Source: an uncultured Pseudomonadales bacterium
Lineage (GTDB): Bacteria; Patescibacteriota; Microgenomatia; UBA1400; PJMF01
Length of the DNA stretch: 64,000 nt
NCBI GenBank assembly: GCA_964625685.1
Contig: CAZVBO010000003.1
Span: 64,298-128,297 of the forward strand
Direction of reading: 5' to 3'
Shown here in pieces: positions 37,280 through 48,119 of this stretch (position 1 is the stretch's first letter; every line of letters begins with the position of its first letter). A program made the translations under genes and the position numbers. Below the pieces are notes generated by a model. It searched no databases, was not told the origin of the DNA, and worked only from the letters and a program-made list of their open reading frames with translations.

Positions 37280-38159
37280 GGTAACCATTATTACACTCAA
37301 TCCCCGAACAGTACTCTTTTGTCTCTAGCTCTATAGTAGAGTGCTCTATGTGATGATTTGAAAGCTCGTCTTTGATGACTTTTCTAGTCTTGTCAGTATC
37401 TTTCAAAAGACTTTCGTCAACAACTATATGTCCCGTAAAGATATCCGTCTCGCCCTCCAGTGACCAAACATGAATATCATGGACTCCCAATACGCCCTTT
37501 GTTTTCATCAACCCCTCTTTAATATGATTTATGTCAATATGCCCAGGAACGCCTTGCAAAAATATATTTAGGGTTTCTTTAAGGTTCTTACCCACACCCC
37601 AGAGAATAAAGACCGTATAACCAATAGTCATTATCGGATCAACGATATGGCTGTCCCAAAAAAGAATAATGATACTACCTATAAGAACAACAACCCATCC
37701 TAATACATCTTCCAATAAATGCCAGGTTAACACCTTTTCATTCATGCTGGCGCCTCTTTTTAATCTCAAAGCGCCCGCTCCATTAACAACGACACCCAAT
37801 ACTGCCAGAAGAATCATACCCTGGGCATTAACGTGCTCGGGATTAATAAGGCGGGGAATGGCTCTTGAGAGAATAAAAAGTGAGCCTCCGGTAAGCACTA
37901 TCCCTGCAAAGATTGCAGATAAAAGGGATAATCGCTGGTAGCCGAAAGTACGCCGCTGATCGGGTTCCTTTTGAGACTTTTTCTCTAAAACATACGAAGA
38001 AATTAAAGTAACCGAATCACCAAAATCATGCAGGGCATCTGATAGGATTGTTAAACTGTTTGTTAATAATCCTCCGACAACTTCTACAACTGTAAAGAAA
38101 ATATTTAGAGCGACTACAACTTTGATATTTTCTGATCTTTTGTTTTCGTGATTGTGCAT
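37269..38159 (-). CDS. czcD: CDF-family Zn/Co/Cd transporter
   Basis: SDALHDFGD, TFGY.R, HLLED, HDIHVW, HSTIE. Confidence 0.9.
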   Translation of the reverse strand: MHNHENKRSENIKVVVALNIFFTVVEVVGGLLTNSLTILSDALHDFGDSVTLISSYVLEKKSQKEPDQRRTFGYQRLSLLSAIFAGIVLTGGSLFILSRAIPRLINPEHVNAQGMILLAVLGVVVNGAGALRLKRGASMNEKVLTWHLLEDVLGWVVVLIGSIIILFWDSHIVDPIMTIGYTVFILWGVGKNLKETLNIFLQGVPGHIDINHIKEGLMKTKGVLGVHDIHVWSLEGETDIFTGHIVVDESLLKDTDKTRKVIKDELSNHHIEHSTIELETKEYCSGIECNNGYHGI

Positions 38160-38307
38160 ACAACAATTGTAACAGCCAAGCTCTTGGTGTTCACTCTTGA
38201 TTCCTCTAGCCCCTCACAACTTCTTTCTGTAAAAATAGAAAACTATGTCTTTTGAAGATTTGCGTTTTCCTAAAATAAAGAATGGTGAGGTGAGTCACCA
38301 TCTCTCT

Positions 38308-38961
38308 TTATTTGACAACTTTCGTACCAGTTACCAAACGCGATGCACTAATGTGTTTTTCTTGGGTAGAGGAAAATCCAGTTTCTCGCAGAGCTTCTTC
38401 CAAGTCCTCCTTTATAAACTCGAAGACAGAGCGTGGCTCAAAGAATCGTAAATAAAGAGAGAGTGGATACTTAGACCAATTAGTAACTTGACGAACATCC
38501 AAAATTACAATTTTCCCGTCGGTTTTGAGAGTGCGGAAAGCCTCTTTTAATGCCGCATCTCTTTCATCCTTTGGCATTTCGTGCAGCGCAAACGAGATTG
38601 TAACAGCGTCAAAATAAGAATTAGGGAACGGTAAATTCTGCGCTGTTCCCTCCATAAAAGATATGTTAGGAAGCTCGCCAGCCTTCCTTGTGGCAACATT
38701 AAGCATATCTGATGAGAGATCCAGACCAAACACCTGAGAAGTCGATCTAGCTTTGGCTAGCCGGGTAGTTACTGTGCCTGTTCCACAGCATAAATCCAAA
38801 ATATTTCCATCTCTATCAATCTCCTCAATGACCGCCCCTCTTAAACGTTCAGCTTGGGGAAATAATTCAAAGAGGTCGTAAAACCTTGCCCAGTTGCCAA
38901 ATTTCCTTTTTGTTTCATTGTGAAGCGCTTGTTGTCTTGTGTTTTTCATTCTCTCTGACAT
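38308..38961 (-). CDS. Class I SAM methyltransferase (UbiE-like)
   Basis: LDLCCGTG, GLDLS..ML, LPF...FDAV. Confidence 0.88.
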   Translation of the reverse strand: MSERMKNTRQQALHNETKRKFGNWARFYDLFELFPQAERLRGAVIEEIDRDGNILDLCCGTGTVTTRLAKARSTSQVFGLDLSSDMLNVATRKAGELPNISFMEGTAQNLPFPNSYFDAVTISFALHEMPKDERDAALKEAFRTLKTDGKIVILDVRQVTNWSKYPLSLYLRFFEPRSVFEFIKEDLEEALRETGFSSTQEKHISASRLVTGTKVVK

Positions 38962-39002
38962 GGATTTTAAATAACTTTCCTCCGAAATTTATTTTTCTTT
39001 AA

Positions 39003-40883
39003 TTATTTCGCTACTCTGAGTCCATTCCCGATTGCCAGCAATTCTCCCACCTCATGGACAGCAACGGCAATAGTAATTGTCATGATACCTGCTAAGGCCG
39101 AGGGAATAAGCGCAGCCAAAAGCAGAAGGGAGAATATAATATTCTGTCTGCTGATAGCGCGTGCCTTCTTGCCAAGCTCAATCGCATAAGCAACTTTAGT
39201 AATATCATCACTCATCAAAGCTACATCCGCTGCTTCAATTGCCGCATCAGCCCCAGCAGTTCCCATTGCCATGCCGACTGTCGCGGTAGCGAGGGCTGGG
39301 GCATCGTTGACTCCATCGCCAATCATCACAACATCTTGGTATTCCTTTTTAAGTTCGTTAATCGCGGCAATTTTATCTTCTGGTTTGAGATTCGCTCGCA
39401 CATCATCCATATCAAGTTCTTTTGCAATTGCCTTAGCTGTGACTTCATTATCTCCCGTGAGCATTGCTACTTTTACTCCCATGTGATGAAGTTCCTCAAT
39501 GACTGCTTTTGCTTGCTCCCGTATTTCATCTCGGATCGCTAGCGCTCCCAGAATACTACTTTTGCCACCGACATAAATAACCGTTTTTCCATCCTGTCGC
39601 AACCTATCCATTTTGGCAATGAATCCCTTGTCTGCGTTTTCAAATAACTCTTGTTTGCCTACCTGAATAATTTGTTTTCCAACTTTCGCTACCGCGCCAG
39701 CTCCCGTCAGAGCTTTGAATGATTCTGTTTTTTTTAAATCTATGTCCATTTCTTTTGCTTTTGCAACAACAGCCCGCGCCAGCGGATGTTCTGAAAACTG
39801 CTCTAAACTCGCCGCGAGTTTTAACACCTCTGTCTCACTACCGTTGACTGCTGCGATATCTGTTACTACTGGTTTTCCAAGTGTGAGTGTTCCTGTTTTG
39901 TCAAAGGCAACTGCTTGGATTTTGCCAACATTTTCTAAATGCATACCACCTTTTATAAGCACCCCATTTTTACCGGCTGTTCCTATGCCGGTAGCGACAG
40001 CGACCGGTGTTGACATGACAAGTGCACAAGGAGCAGCGGCTACCAAAAAAACGATCGCTCGCTCTGCCCAAAGAGAAAATGAGAGCCCGAACAAAGGAGG
40101 CAAAACAAGAAGCAACAATCCCACTAATAATACGATAGGAGAGTACTTCTCGCCAAACCTTTCAATAAAGACTTGAGCCTTGCTCTTTTTATCTTGGGCC
40201 TCTTCAACTAGATGTACCATTTTGGACAACGTATTATCTGCAAATGCAGCTGTCACTTTTATTTCCAAAACACCTTCTTGGTTTATAGTAGCGGCGTAAG
40301 CCTTCATGCCCACTTCTTTTTCAACCGGAATAGACTCGCCTGTAACTGGTGCTTCGTTGATGCTGGATGATCCTTTTACAATCACTCCGTCAGTTGGCAG
40401 GGATTCACCAGGACGAACAATAAAAATGTCATCGACTTGTAATTTTGTTGCTGCAATCGTTGCCTCCTTTCCATTTTTTAGAACCCGCGCTTTTTTCGGA
40501 GCGAGATCCAACAACTTTCGAATCGACGCTCGGGTTCTGGCGAAAGTATAACCCTCTAACCCTTCTGCCGCCCCATAGATGAATACCAGTAGCGCCGCTT
40601 CTTCCCAGAGACCTAAGACTCCTGCTCCGATTGCTGCGGCCAGCATCAACAGTTCAATATCTACTTCTTTGCAATGAATCAATTCATCGATGCCTTCTTT
40701 TGCCCAGTAATAACCACCTATTATCATCGCGGTGATATACAAAATCGTTGAAAAGTACGCCTGGATAACGCCAAAGCGGAATAAAAAATACGATACGCCA
40801 ATTATTGCCCCTGCGATAAGAGCATTTCGCATCTGCGGATAGGTATACCATTTGTACTCAGTAATCGATTCTCTTTTACTCAT
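39003..40883 (-). CDS. Heavy-metal (Zn/Cd/Co) P1B-type ATPase
   Basis: TGES, AAPCAL, DKTGT, SEHPL, GDGVND, HEVGE; no N-terminal metal-binding domain. Confidence 0.92.
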   Translation of the reverse strand: MSKRESITEYKWYTYPQMRNALIAGAIIGVSYFLFRFGVIQAYFSTILYITAMIIGGYYWAKEGIDELIHCKEVDIELLMLAAAIGAGVLGLWEEAALLVFIYGAAEGLEGYTFARTRASIRKLLDLAPKKARVLKNGKEATIAATKLQVDDIFIVRPGESLPTDGVIVKGSSSINEAPVTGESIPVEKEVGMKAYAATINQEGVLEIKVTAAFADNTLSKMVHLVEEAQDKKSKAQVFIERFGEKYSPIVLLVGLLLLVLPPLFGLSFSLWAERAIVFLVAAAPCALVMSTPVAVATGIGTAGKNGVLIKGGMHLENVGKIQAVAFDKTGTLTLGKPVVTDIAAVNGSETEVLKLAASLEQFSEHPLARAVVAKAKEMDIDLKKTESFKALTGAGAVAKVGKQIIQVGKQELFENADKGFIAKMDRLRQDGKTVIYVGGKSSILGALAIRDEIREQAKAVIEELHHMGVKVAMLTGDNEVTAKAIAKELDMDDVRANLKPEDKIAAINELKKEYQDVVMIGDGVNDAPALATATVGMAMGTAGADAAIEAADVALMSDDITKVAYAIELGKKARAISRQNIIFSLLLLAALIPSALAGIMTITIAVAVHEVGELLAIGNGLRVAK

Positions 40884-40893
40884 AATAGTTATT

Positions 40894-41208
40894 TTAATAC
40901 CTTGTGCACTTGAACAGCTCTTTTGAGTGTTGGCTGACAATCTTTCGCGCCTTTTTGATAACCTCTTTTACTTCGTCCCCTGATAGTTGATAGTATGAAT
41001 TTCGGCCTTCTCTCTTGTTTTGTACGAGCCCGCAATCTAAAAGACATGCCAAATGGGTTGAGGCGTTCGGCTGCGACAGCTTTGTTTCTTTAACTATTTC
41101 TGAAACAGTTTTTGGGCCGTCCAAAATGGTTTCTAATATTGAAAGCCGAGACTGGTCAGCGAATCCTTTAAAAAGTTTAGCTTCTAGTTGCACTTGTCTT
41201 CTAGTCAT
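40894..41208 (-). CDS. ArsR/CmtR-like metal-sensing repressor
   Basis: FADQSRL..L...SQPNASTHLACL.DCGLV. Confidence 0.9.
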   Translation of the reverse strand: MTRRQVQLEAKLFKGFADQSRLSILETILDGPKTVSEIVKETKLSQPNASTHLACLLDCGLVQNKREGRNSYYQLSGDEVKEVIKKARKIVSQHSKELFKCTRY

Positions 41209-41218
41209 AGTAATATAA

Positions 41219-41242
41219 ATATATCAGTAATCACTTATATAT
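41219..41242. promoter_or_regulatory. ArsR-type operator between divergent genes
   Basis: ATATATcAGT-aatc-ACTtATATAT inverted repeat. Confidence 0.55.
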
Positions 41243-41256
41243 ACAACCTGATTAAT

Positions 41257-42003
41257 ATGAACATGGAAGAAACAATTCAATCCCAACAGCTTACAAAAAA
41301 AGAACGTCGGGAACTAAAAATACAGCGCAAATTAGAAGCTCGCAAAAAACAAGAACGACAAAAGCGGATTAAGAAAATTAGTCTATGGTCGGTTATTCTC
41401 TTGGGAGTTGTTGCAGTTATTTTTGCTTTTAAGCTAAGTGGTGGTTCATCGTCAGATCAACCCACTTTGTCAGTTGATGCAGTAGCTACCACTGATCAAA
41501 CCAAGGGCAACAGCGAATCAAAGGTATTGCTGGTGGAATATAGCGATTTTCAGTGTCCAGCTTGCGGCCGTTACTATCCACTTTTAAAGCAGTTAAATCA
41601 AGAATTGGGAGATAAAATTCAGTTTGTCTACAGACACTTCCCCTTAAGACAGGCACACCGTAATGCAGAACCAGCGGCATTTGCAGCAGAGGCAGCAGGC
41701 AGACAAGGAAAGTTTTGGGAAATGCACGATCTTATTTTTGAGGGACAAAAAAACTGGTCTGAAAAGGGAAACGCCAAGAAGACCTTTATTGAATATGCCG
41801 AGTCTTTGAATCTTGATATTGATAAATTTAAGACCGATATGGGATCAAAAGAGATAAAAAATAAGGTTAGAAATGATTATAGTAGTGGTATAAAAGCAGG
41901 AGTCAATTCCACTCCCACACTCTTTTTAAACGGTGAGAAGCTGCAGAATCCAAGAGATTATGAAGCATTGAAAAAGCTTGTCGAGGAATCATTGGGTCAA
42001 TAG
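41257..42003 (+). CDS. DsbA-family oxidoreductase
   Basis: EYSDFQCPAC, RHFPL, GVNSTPT. Confidence 0.92.
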   Translation: MNMEETIQSQQLTKKERRELKIQRKLEARKKQERQKRIKKISLWSVILLGVVAVIFAFKLSGGSSSDQPTLSVDAVATTDQTKGNSESKVLLVEYSDFQCPACGRYYPLLKQLNQELGDKIQFVYRHFPLRQAHRNAEPAAFAAEAAGRQGKFWEMHDLIFEGQKNWSEKGNAKKTFIEYAESLNLDIDKFKTDMGSKEIKNKVRNDYSSGIKAGVNSTPTLFLNGEKLQNPRDYEALKKLVEESLGQ

Positions 42004-42024
42004 CCGTGTATACGATAAAAGGAG

Positions 42025-42228
42025 GTGAGAATTATGTTTGAACAACCAATAAATTTCTGGTCAAAGCATGTTATCCTGTCAAATCTGTCTCATTTTTCAG
42101 GCGGATTTGGAGCAGCTGTTTTGTTGCAGCACTATCTCGCTGGCAACGTATTTTTGCCAGCAATTGTCGGATGGCTTGCTATTGCTTTTACATTAATAAC
42201 ACACTTTATTGCTTATACTAGTAAGTAA
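42025..42228 (+). CDS. Small membrane protein
   Basis: AAGGAGG RBS, 2 TM helices. Confidence 0.6.
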   Translation: MRIMFEQPINFWSKHVILSNLSHFSGGFGAAVLLQHYLAGNVFLPAIVGWLAIAFTLITHFIAYTSK

Positions 42229-42257
42229 GTGGAAAGACTGGGTAATTAAATAAGGAA

Positions 42258-43511
42258 GTGATAACTTATGAACTGGAAAGAAGTAAAGCAAATAAAATGA
42301 ATATCACAAAAATAAGACAAGACTTTCCCCTGCTACAGTACGGTCTGAAGGGCAAGCCCGTCGTCTATTTTGACAACGCTTGCCAGACACTACGACCTTT
42401 ATCTGTTATTGACGCTGTTAATCAATACTACCGGGAGTATCCGGCCTGTGCTGGGCGTAGTGTGCACAAATTGGGAGAGCTTGTAACTAAAAAATGTGAT
42501 GAGGCCAGAAAATTAGTAGCTGATTTTATTGGCGCTAAAAGGAAAGAAGAGATTATCTTTACCAGAAACACCACCGAAGGGATAAACTTAGTTGCTCATT
42601 CCTTGGGATTAAGAACAGGTGACATTGTCATTACCACCGACAAAGAACACAATTCTAACTTGGTTCCTTGGCAAAGACTGGCTCAAAAAATCGGCATTAT
42701 TCACAAGATTGTTCCTTCAAAAAAAGACAACACCTTTAACCTGGAAGCCTTTGCAGAAATCATGAATGATAAAGTGAAACTGGTTTCCATGGTTTACACC
42801 TCAAACTTGGATGGTGTTACCATTCCGGCTGAAAAGATTATAAAAATTGCCCACAGTCACGGAAGCAAAGTCTTACTGGATGCTGCTCAAGCAATCCCTC
42901 ACCAGAAAATAAATGTCAGGAAACTTAATGTAGATTTCTTAGCCTTTTCAGGACATAAAATGCTGGGCCCATCAGGCACGGGCGTGCTTTATGGTAAATA
43001 TAAACTTCTGGAAGAACTGGAACCATTTTTAGTAGGCGGTGATACGGTTGAATACTCCACCTACAAAGATCATCAATTCCTGCCTTTACCTGAGAAATTT
43101 GAGGCAGGACTACAAAACTATGCTGGTATTGTTGGATTAGGAGAAGCGGTTAAATATTTGGAGCAGGTTGGTTTAAAAAACATTGTCGGGCAAGAATACA
43201 AATTAAACAAATTTATAACTAATGAGCTAACCAAAATTGCCCGGATAAAAATCATCGGTCCTCAAGACCCTGCATTGCGAGGGGGAATAGTGTCTTTTTG
43301 TGTTGAAGACGTAGATCCACATCAGATCGCACTTATCTCAGATGAATCGTCCAACATCATGATTCGTTCTGGTCAGCACTGCGTTCATTCCTGGTTTAAT
43401 GCTCACAATATCCCAGGATCGGCCAGAGCATCACTGTATTTTTATAACACTCTTGAGGAAGCGGAAACATTTATTACCAATTTACAAAAGACCGTTAAGC
43501 TTTTAACCTGA
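42258..43511 (+). CDS. sufS: SufS-type cysteine desulfurase
   Basis: YFDNA, EHNSN, DAAQ, FSGHKMLGP, RSGQHC. Confidence 0.9.
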   Translation: MITYELERSKANKMNITKIRQDFPLLQYGLKGKPVVYFDNACQTLRPLSVIDAVNQYYREYPACAGRSVHKLGELVTKKCDEARKLVADFIGAKRKEEIIFTRNTTEGINLVAHSLGLRTGDIVITTDKEHNSNLVPWQRLAQKIGIIHKIVPSKKDNTFNLEAFAEIMNDKVKLVSMVYTSNLDGVTIPAEKIIKIAHSHGSKVLLDAAQAIPHQKINVRKLNVDFLAFSGHKMLGPSGTGVLYGKYKLLEELEPFLVGGDTVEYSTYKDHQFLPLPEKFEAGLQNYAGIVGLGEAVKYLEQVGLKNIVGQEYKLNKFITNELTKIARIKIIGPQDPALRGGIVSFCVEDVDPHQIALISDESSNIMIRSGQHCVHSWFNAHNIPGSARASLYFYNTLEEAETFITNLQKTVKLLT

Positions 43512-43514
43512 ATT

Positions 43515-44441
43515 ATGTTTTGTCTACTTGCTTTAATCATATTTTCTATTCTGGGTATCTTTAGCGCCAGTCATAGACAGTTGGCTAAAGAAGCTTTTGA
43601 CTGCGTTTTTAGAAGAATAACACTGCGTCCTTGTAACACCGGCTTTGATAAAAAAATAAAAAGTAAGATTGTCGGCAAACTGTTAAATAGATCAGAGTTT
43701 GTAGCTAAGCTACTGAACAAGCACTTTGAAATGGTCTCGTGGGTTTTCTTTATCATACTTTTGGGGAGTGGTTTATGGGTAGTAAAAGGAGGATACAACT
43801 TTTATATGTATGGCAGCTGTAACGGCCTGAATGCCTCAGGTTTCTGCGCATTTGACCCAACAGGAGAAAATAACAAGGTCTCTCAAATTAGTGATAGCTG
43901 TAGTTTAAATCCTCCCTCAGAAAGCGACTTGGATTTAGCAGCAATCAACTTGAGTGAGTATCCTACGAAAGATGCCGGCTCAGAAGATAGCTTAGTATTT
44001 ATCGGCTGTTACAACTGCGATTATACCCGTAAAGCCTATCCGTTGATACAAAAATTGCAAGATAACTATGAATTTAATTACACTTTTGTTCATTTCCCTG
44101 TTAAAGATGAAACTTCGTATATATCCAACTATGTTTATTGTGGCAATTTGCAAGATCCAGAAAAACTTTGGCGGTTCAATGGTAAATTATTTGCTTCAAG
44201 TAAGGAGGATGTTTCTAACAATGGGTATGTAGATAAAATTGCAGTAGAAGTGGGATTTGATGTTGATGCCTTACAAGCATGCGTTACAAGTGAAGAAACG
44301 CAAAAGATAGTTGATAATCAATTTGAACAAGTACGCGCAACCGGAATTTACGGCACTCCCACTATTTTTATCAATGACAAGGCCCTGGTAGGTCCTAAGC
44401 CATACAGGGTTTATCAAAGAATGCTGGGGAAGTTTTGGTAA
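43515..44441 (+). CDS. Membrane-anchored thioredoxin/DsbA-fold protein
   Basis: CYNC, HFP, GIYGTPT; Cys-containing N-terminal membrane domain. Confidence 0.8.
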   Translation: MFCLLALIIFSILGIFSASHRQLAKEAFDCVFRRITLRPCNTGFDKKIKSKIVGKLLNRSEFVAKLLNKHFEMVSWVFFIILLGSGLWVVKGGYNFYMYGSCNGLNASGFCAFDPTGENNKVSQISDSCSLNPPSESDLDLAAINLSEYPTKDAGSEDSLVFIGCYNCDYTRKAYPLIQKLQDNYEFNYTFVHFPVKDETSYISNYVYCGNLQDPEKLWRFNGKLFASSKEDVSNNGYVDKIAVEVGFDVDALQACVTSEETQKIVDNQFEQVRATGIYGTPTIFINDKALVGPKPYRVYQRMLGKFW

Positions 44442-44468
44442 TGAACAACCACTTCGTAGTTAATTGTT

Positions 44469-45101
44469 TCACCTGGCAAGCTTTTCTGGGGATTGGTTTT
44501 TGTAGGTGTCAATATATTTCTGAAGTAAAGCTTGGTCTACTTCCTCTAACTTCATCATCCTGCTCCAAGATACAACTGCAATTTTTGCGTCATTAGCATT
44601 CCTGGGCGAAATAATCACGCTTTGAGAATTTTGCTTTCCAATTTCTTCCAGTATGTTTTTTGTCTCCTCATCCACATTCTTATAGGAGATCCAAATACCT
44701 CCATGCTCTAGTCCATGAACTGCTGCTTTGTCCTCTATTTCTTTGCTGTAAACACCCCATTTTTCCGCTTGGGCTAAGTGTCCACCCGAAGTGGGAGGGT
44801 TAGTCTTGTATTCAACAGTGGTTCCTAACGGCACATGATCTCTGCCTTCGATCGGAAACTCTTCCACCTTTCCGTCCAGGGAAACCGTTTCAACTTTTTG
44901 TTCAAACTCAATCCGTTCAGGAGACTTTTTAGTTAGTTGTAGGTAGCCAAATATTGCAACAACTAGTACCACGATGACAAAACTCCAATTGCGGATCATT
45001 TTGATCGTCTCGGTTTTGCGTTCATTCTCCCGCCTCAACGCCTTGAGCTTTTTCTTGCGCTCGTGCTTGGGTAGCTCGTTCCATTCTTCTGGATAATCCA
45101 T
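44469..45101 (-). CDS. DUF3105 protein
   Basis: H...Y.TNPPTSG.H, VHGLEHG.IWISY. Confidence 0.88.
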   Translation of the reverse strand: MDYPEEWNELPKHERKKKLKALRRENERKTETIKMIRNWSFVIVVLVVAIFGYLQLTKKSPERIEFEQKVETVSLDGKVEEFPIEGRDHVPLGTTVEYKTNPPTSGGHLAQAEKWGVYSKEIEDKAAVHGLEHGGIWISYKNVDEETKNILEEIGKQNSQSVIISPRNANDAKIAVVSWSRMMKLEEVDQALLQKYIDTYKNQSPEKLAR

Positions 45102-45102
45102 G

Positions 45103-45744
45103 TTAGTGTCCTTCTCCTTCCCCCGTGTGGCCAGGGCCACCACAGCCGTCCAGCATATCCCAGAGATCAGCCACCTGCTGACCGTCATAGCCCTTTTCAG
45201 CAATAAGATACTTGGCTAAGCCTTCAAACGCCGTCCAGCGCCAACATTTACAGCAACAAGGTCCGCCTTCATCGGACATTTCCATGGCAGTGTCATATAT
45301 GGACTGCTGATCTTCATTTAAGGTAATAGTCTGTTGGTATTCGAAAAGTTGCTTGGCTAGAGCTACGGGAATGTTGTATGGATCCTCGGGAATAACATCT
45401 ATATCGGAATATTTTTTTAGCCTTTCAACCTGTTCCTGATAACGATGAAAGTCCATGGCTCCACAACAGGCTCCCTGAATACTCTCTTCATCTGAAAAGC
45501 CGTCAACAGTCGTTGGTTGCAGCCCACAAAAACTACTAGTGGCTGTTTTTGTGGTTGAAAGATAGTTAAATGCCTCTTGAGTTCCGGCAGCAAAGGCAGA
45601 TTTAACTCCGAAAGTGGCATTTTTTGAGCCGTTTCCAAAAATGTCATTTAAGTTAAATTTAAGACCGCCTGTAGCGCCTACGCCGACAACGAAAGACAAC
45701 ACAACTGCACCCAAGATTAAAAAATAGGAATATTTCTGTTTCAT
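45103..45744 (-). CDS. Exported Cys-rich protein
   Basis: GACC, GGPCCCKCWRW, DGCGG. Confidence 0.75.
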   Translation of the reverse strand: MKQKYSYFLILGAVVLSFVVGVGATGGLKFNLNDIFGNGSKNATFGVKSAFAAGTQEAFNYLSTTKTATSSFCGLQPTTVDGFSDEESIQGACCGAMDFHRYQEQVERLKKYSDIDVIPEDPYNIPVALAKQLFEYQQTITLNEDQQSIYDTAMEMSDEGGPCCCKCWRWTAFEGLAKYLIAEKGYDGQQVADLWDMLDGCGGPGHTGEGEGH

Positions 45745-46280
45745 GATGTACTTCTTACCCCACACACGAGTGGGTCATTAATTTTTTTCATAGTAAAGTG
45801 AATAGCAAACAATATAACGCCTATGCCCAAGAAACCGAATTCCTGACCTCTAAAGGGAAGGAATCCCAACACAGCCGTAGCCGTTCCAAAGCCAATAAGA
45901 GAAGTTAAAACTACCGACCCACAAGAAGCGCAGCCTACTCCCAACAAGCTGGTTGCTACTCCCAGAGTCGACATACCCATGGACCGCTGCAATTTAGCAG
46001 TTTGACGCGTGTAATAACCTAAGAGGCTCACCTGTACCCCTGCCAATCCAGCACTAACAAAAGTTACAGCCCGCGAAAGCGCGGTGAAGTTAGTTTGCAA
46101 AGAACCCAACAGACTAGTCATGAGATTGGTTTTCTGCCACAAAGTCATGGTTGAACTAGTCATAGTCTTGGTTATTAAATGAAGATTTGGCAACCAGGCG
46201 GCAAAAGCAATTACAGCCAATGAGACTGTAATTGCCACTGCTAAATATTTCGGTTGTCTAATTATTTCTATAACTGTCAT
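45741..46280 (-). CDS. Membrane protein with CxxC
   Basis: 4 TM helices, GCASCG. Confidence 0.75.
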   Translation of the reverse strand: MTVIEIIRQPKYLAVAITVSLAVIAFAAWLPNLHLITKTMTSSTMTLWQKTNLMTSLLGSLQTNFTALSRAVTFVSAGLAGVQVSLLGYYTRQTAKLQRSMGMSTLGVATSLLGVGCASCGSVVLTSLIGFGTATAVLGFLPFRGQEFGFLGIGVILFAIHFTMKKINDPLVCGVRSTS

Positions 46281-46282
46281 GG

Positions 46283-47056
46283 TTACTCTAGTAATGGGTC
46301 AATCACTGCCTGGAAAGCAGCGTATGGCTGAGCACCCACTACTAAGTCACCATCAATTTCACCATTGCCAGCTGACTTACCAATCACAAAGGTGGGGGTT
46401 CCCGATGCCCCAGCCGCAGATCCGTCCGCAATATCCTTTTTGACTTCATCCGTTTGGGAGGTATCAGCGATACAGGTATTAAACGAATTTAGATTTAATC
46501 CCAAATCAGTAGCAATAGTTGTCAGATCAGCACCAGATAAACCATTGCCGTTTGATTTGGTTCGGGTAAAGATCTCGTCATGATACTGGAAGTATTTGGA
46601 GTCACCCCCTTGCTCACGGGCACAGTTGGCAGCTACTGCTTCTTTGGTGGCCATCGGATCATGGAAAGATAACGGGAAATCCCGATAGACGATTTTTACC
46701 TTGCCAGTATCCACATAATTTTTGATTAACTGAGGTAAGGTTTCGTCAAAGTGGCGTTTACAAAACGGACATTCATAGTCAGAAAATTCTACAATAGTAA
46801 TTGGTGCGTTTTTATCTCCCAGAACAGGGTCGTCATCAACCGATGCCACACCTTTGGTGGGTTGCTGGGGCTGAGGAGCGGCAGCCTGAGCAGGTTGTTG
46901 ATTATTAATTGAACCTTGCACTGTTCCTTTTTCCAGCATCTGCACTTTGGTATAGAGGGAACCAACTAAAAAGGCAGCCACTACTAAAGCTGCGGTCAAT
47001 ATGGGAACTAATTTCCCGGAAAAAAGCTTCGTTGTTAGTTTTGTAGTTTCACTCAT
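46283..47056 (-). CDS. DsbA-family oxidoreductase
   Basis: EFSDYECPFC, RDFPL, SGTPTF, GAQPY. Confidence 0.92.
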   Translation of the reverse strand: MSETTKLTTKLFSGKLVPILTAALVVAAFLVGSLYTKVQMLEKGTVQGSINNQQPAQAAAPQPQQPTKGVASVDDDPVLGDKNAPITIVEFSDYECPFCKRHFDETLPQLIKNYVDTGKVKIVYRDFPLSFHDPMATKEAVAANCAREQGGDSKYFQYHDEIFTRTKSNGNGLSGADLTTIATDLGLNLNSFNTCIADTSQTDEVKKDIADGSAAGASGTPTFVIGKSAGNGEIDGDLVVGAQPYAAFQAVIDPLLE

Positions 47057-47092
47057 ATGCTCTCCTTAAAAGTTTGACAGGCTTTACTATCT

Positions 47093-47106
47093 CCTACAAC
47101 TGTAGG
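47093..47106. promoter_or_regulatory. BlaI/CopY box
   Basis: CCTACAacTGTAGG (TACA-N2-TGTA) upstream of the dsbA operon. Confidence 0.8.
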
Positions 47107-47123
47107 TGATTATTTTTCTCTTG

Positions 47124-48119
47124 TCAATGAGAAGATGAAAGCGAAAAAGAAGCGGGCACTAAGGGAGTAAAATTATGTGTATCTTTGGTCTCATGACCGG
47201 AGCAATCAGTGGTTTGACATCCCTCTTCCACCCTACAAACACCACCCGTTTCAAAAGCAAATTCAGCAGCTACCTGACTTGGCTGAACAATGGCAATTCC
47301 CAACATTAGGGCTAGGCTAAATATACTCACGGACAATGGCTTCATGCCAATCCGCTCAAACGAGAGCTTGTTGCCTACCAAAGATTCAACTCGTCTTTCA
47401 ATCGGCGAGGTGGCAAAGTGCGGAAAAGAGTCGCCAGCATACTGTAAATTCAGCGCCAGTGAGCCACACAGATGGTCCCGTGTTTTTTGCTTATCAACCA
47501 CGAAGGCATCTGCCGCTAATTCAAACTCAGTCCTCAGCTCTCGAGCCAGGTGCTCAATCAGCGGAATAAAGAAAAACAGAGAACTGATCAATCTGGAGAA
47601 CAGTAGCCATAAGACATGATTGCTTCGAAGATGATACAACTCATGGAGAATCACCGCTTCCAATTGTTCTCTTGAGAGTTTTTGGATTAACAACCGAGAA
47701 ACAACAATTTTGGGTTTAATTAAACCAATAGTATATGCACTCAATTTACCACCTTTGACTACTAAAATTGTCTTTTCTGTAAGGTCGTGCTTATTTATGA
47801 TCCACTGCAACTTGTCGGGTGTTCTCTCGATCGCCCTGAGTTGGTGTAGTCGCCGGTGAGCTATCAAAAACCGTACCAATTGCCGCAATGCCAAGCCAAC
47901 TCCAACGGCAGCAATCAGCAATACGAACGAGGACACTACGCCGTCAGGATTAAAGTGAATGTGTTCGCCGACATCCTTCAGGATTTCACCACAGGCAGTA
48001 ATGAAAAACTGAGGATGCAGACTGGTTTTAGTAGCTAGCAAATATGATCCCAGCAAAAAGATGGCGCTTGAGACGACTACGAATATGGTAAATAGATTAA
48101 TCCTTATTTTTATTCTCAT
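47124..48119 (-). CDS. M56 (BlaR1-like) membrane metallopeptidase
   Basis: HELYH, ELAAD, TM helices; Cys-containing C-terminal tail. Confidence 0.9.
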   Translation of the reverse strand: MRIKIRINLFTIFVVVSSAIFLLGSYLLATKTSLHPQFFITACGEILKDVGEHIHFNPDGVVSSFVLLIAAVGVGLALRQLVRFLIAHRRLHQLRAIERTPDKLQWIINKHDLTEKTILVVKGGKLSAYTIGLIKPKIVVSRLLIQKLSREQLEAVILHELYHLRSNHVLWLLFSRLISSLFFFIPLIEHLARELRTEFELAADAFVVDKQKTRDHLCGSLALNLQYAGDSFPHFATSPIERRVESLVGNKLSFERIGMKPLSVSIFSLALMLGIAIVQPSQVAAEFAFETGGVCRVEEGCQTTDCSGHETKDTHNFTPLVPASFSLSSSH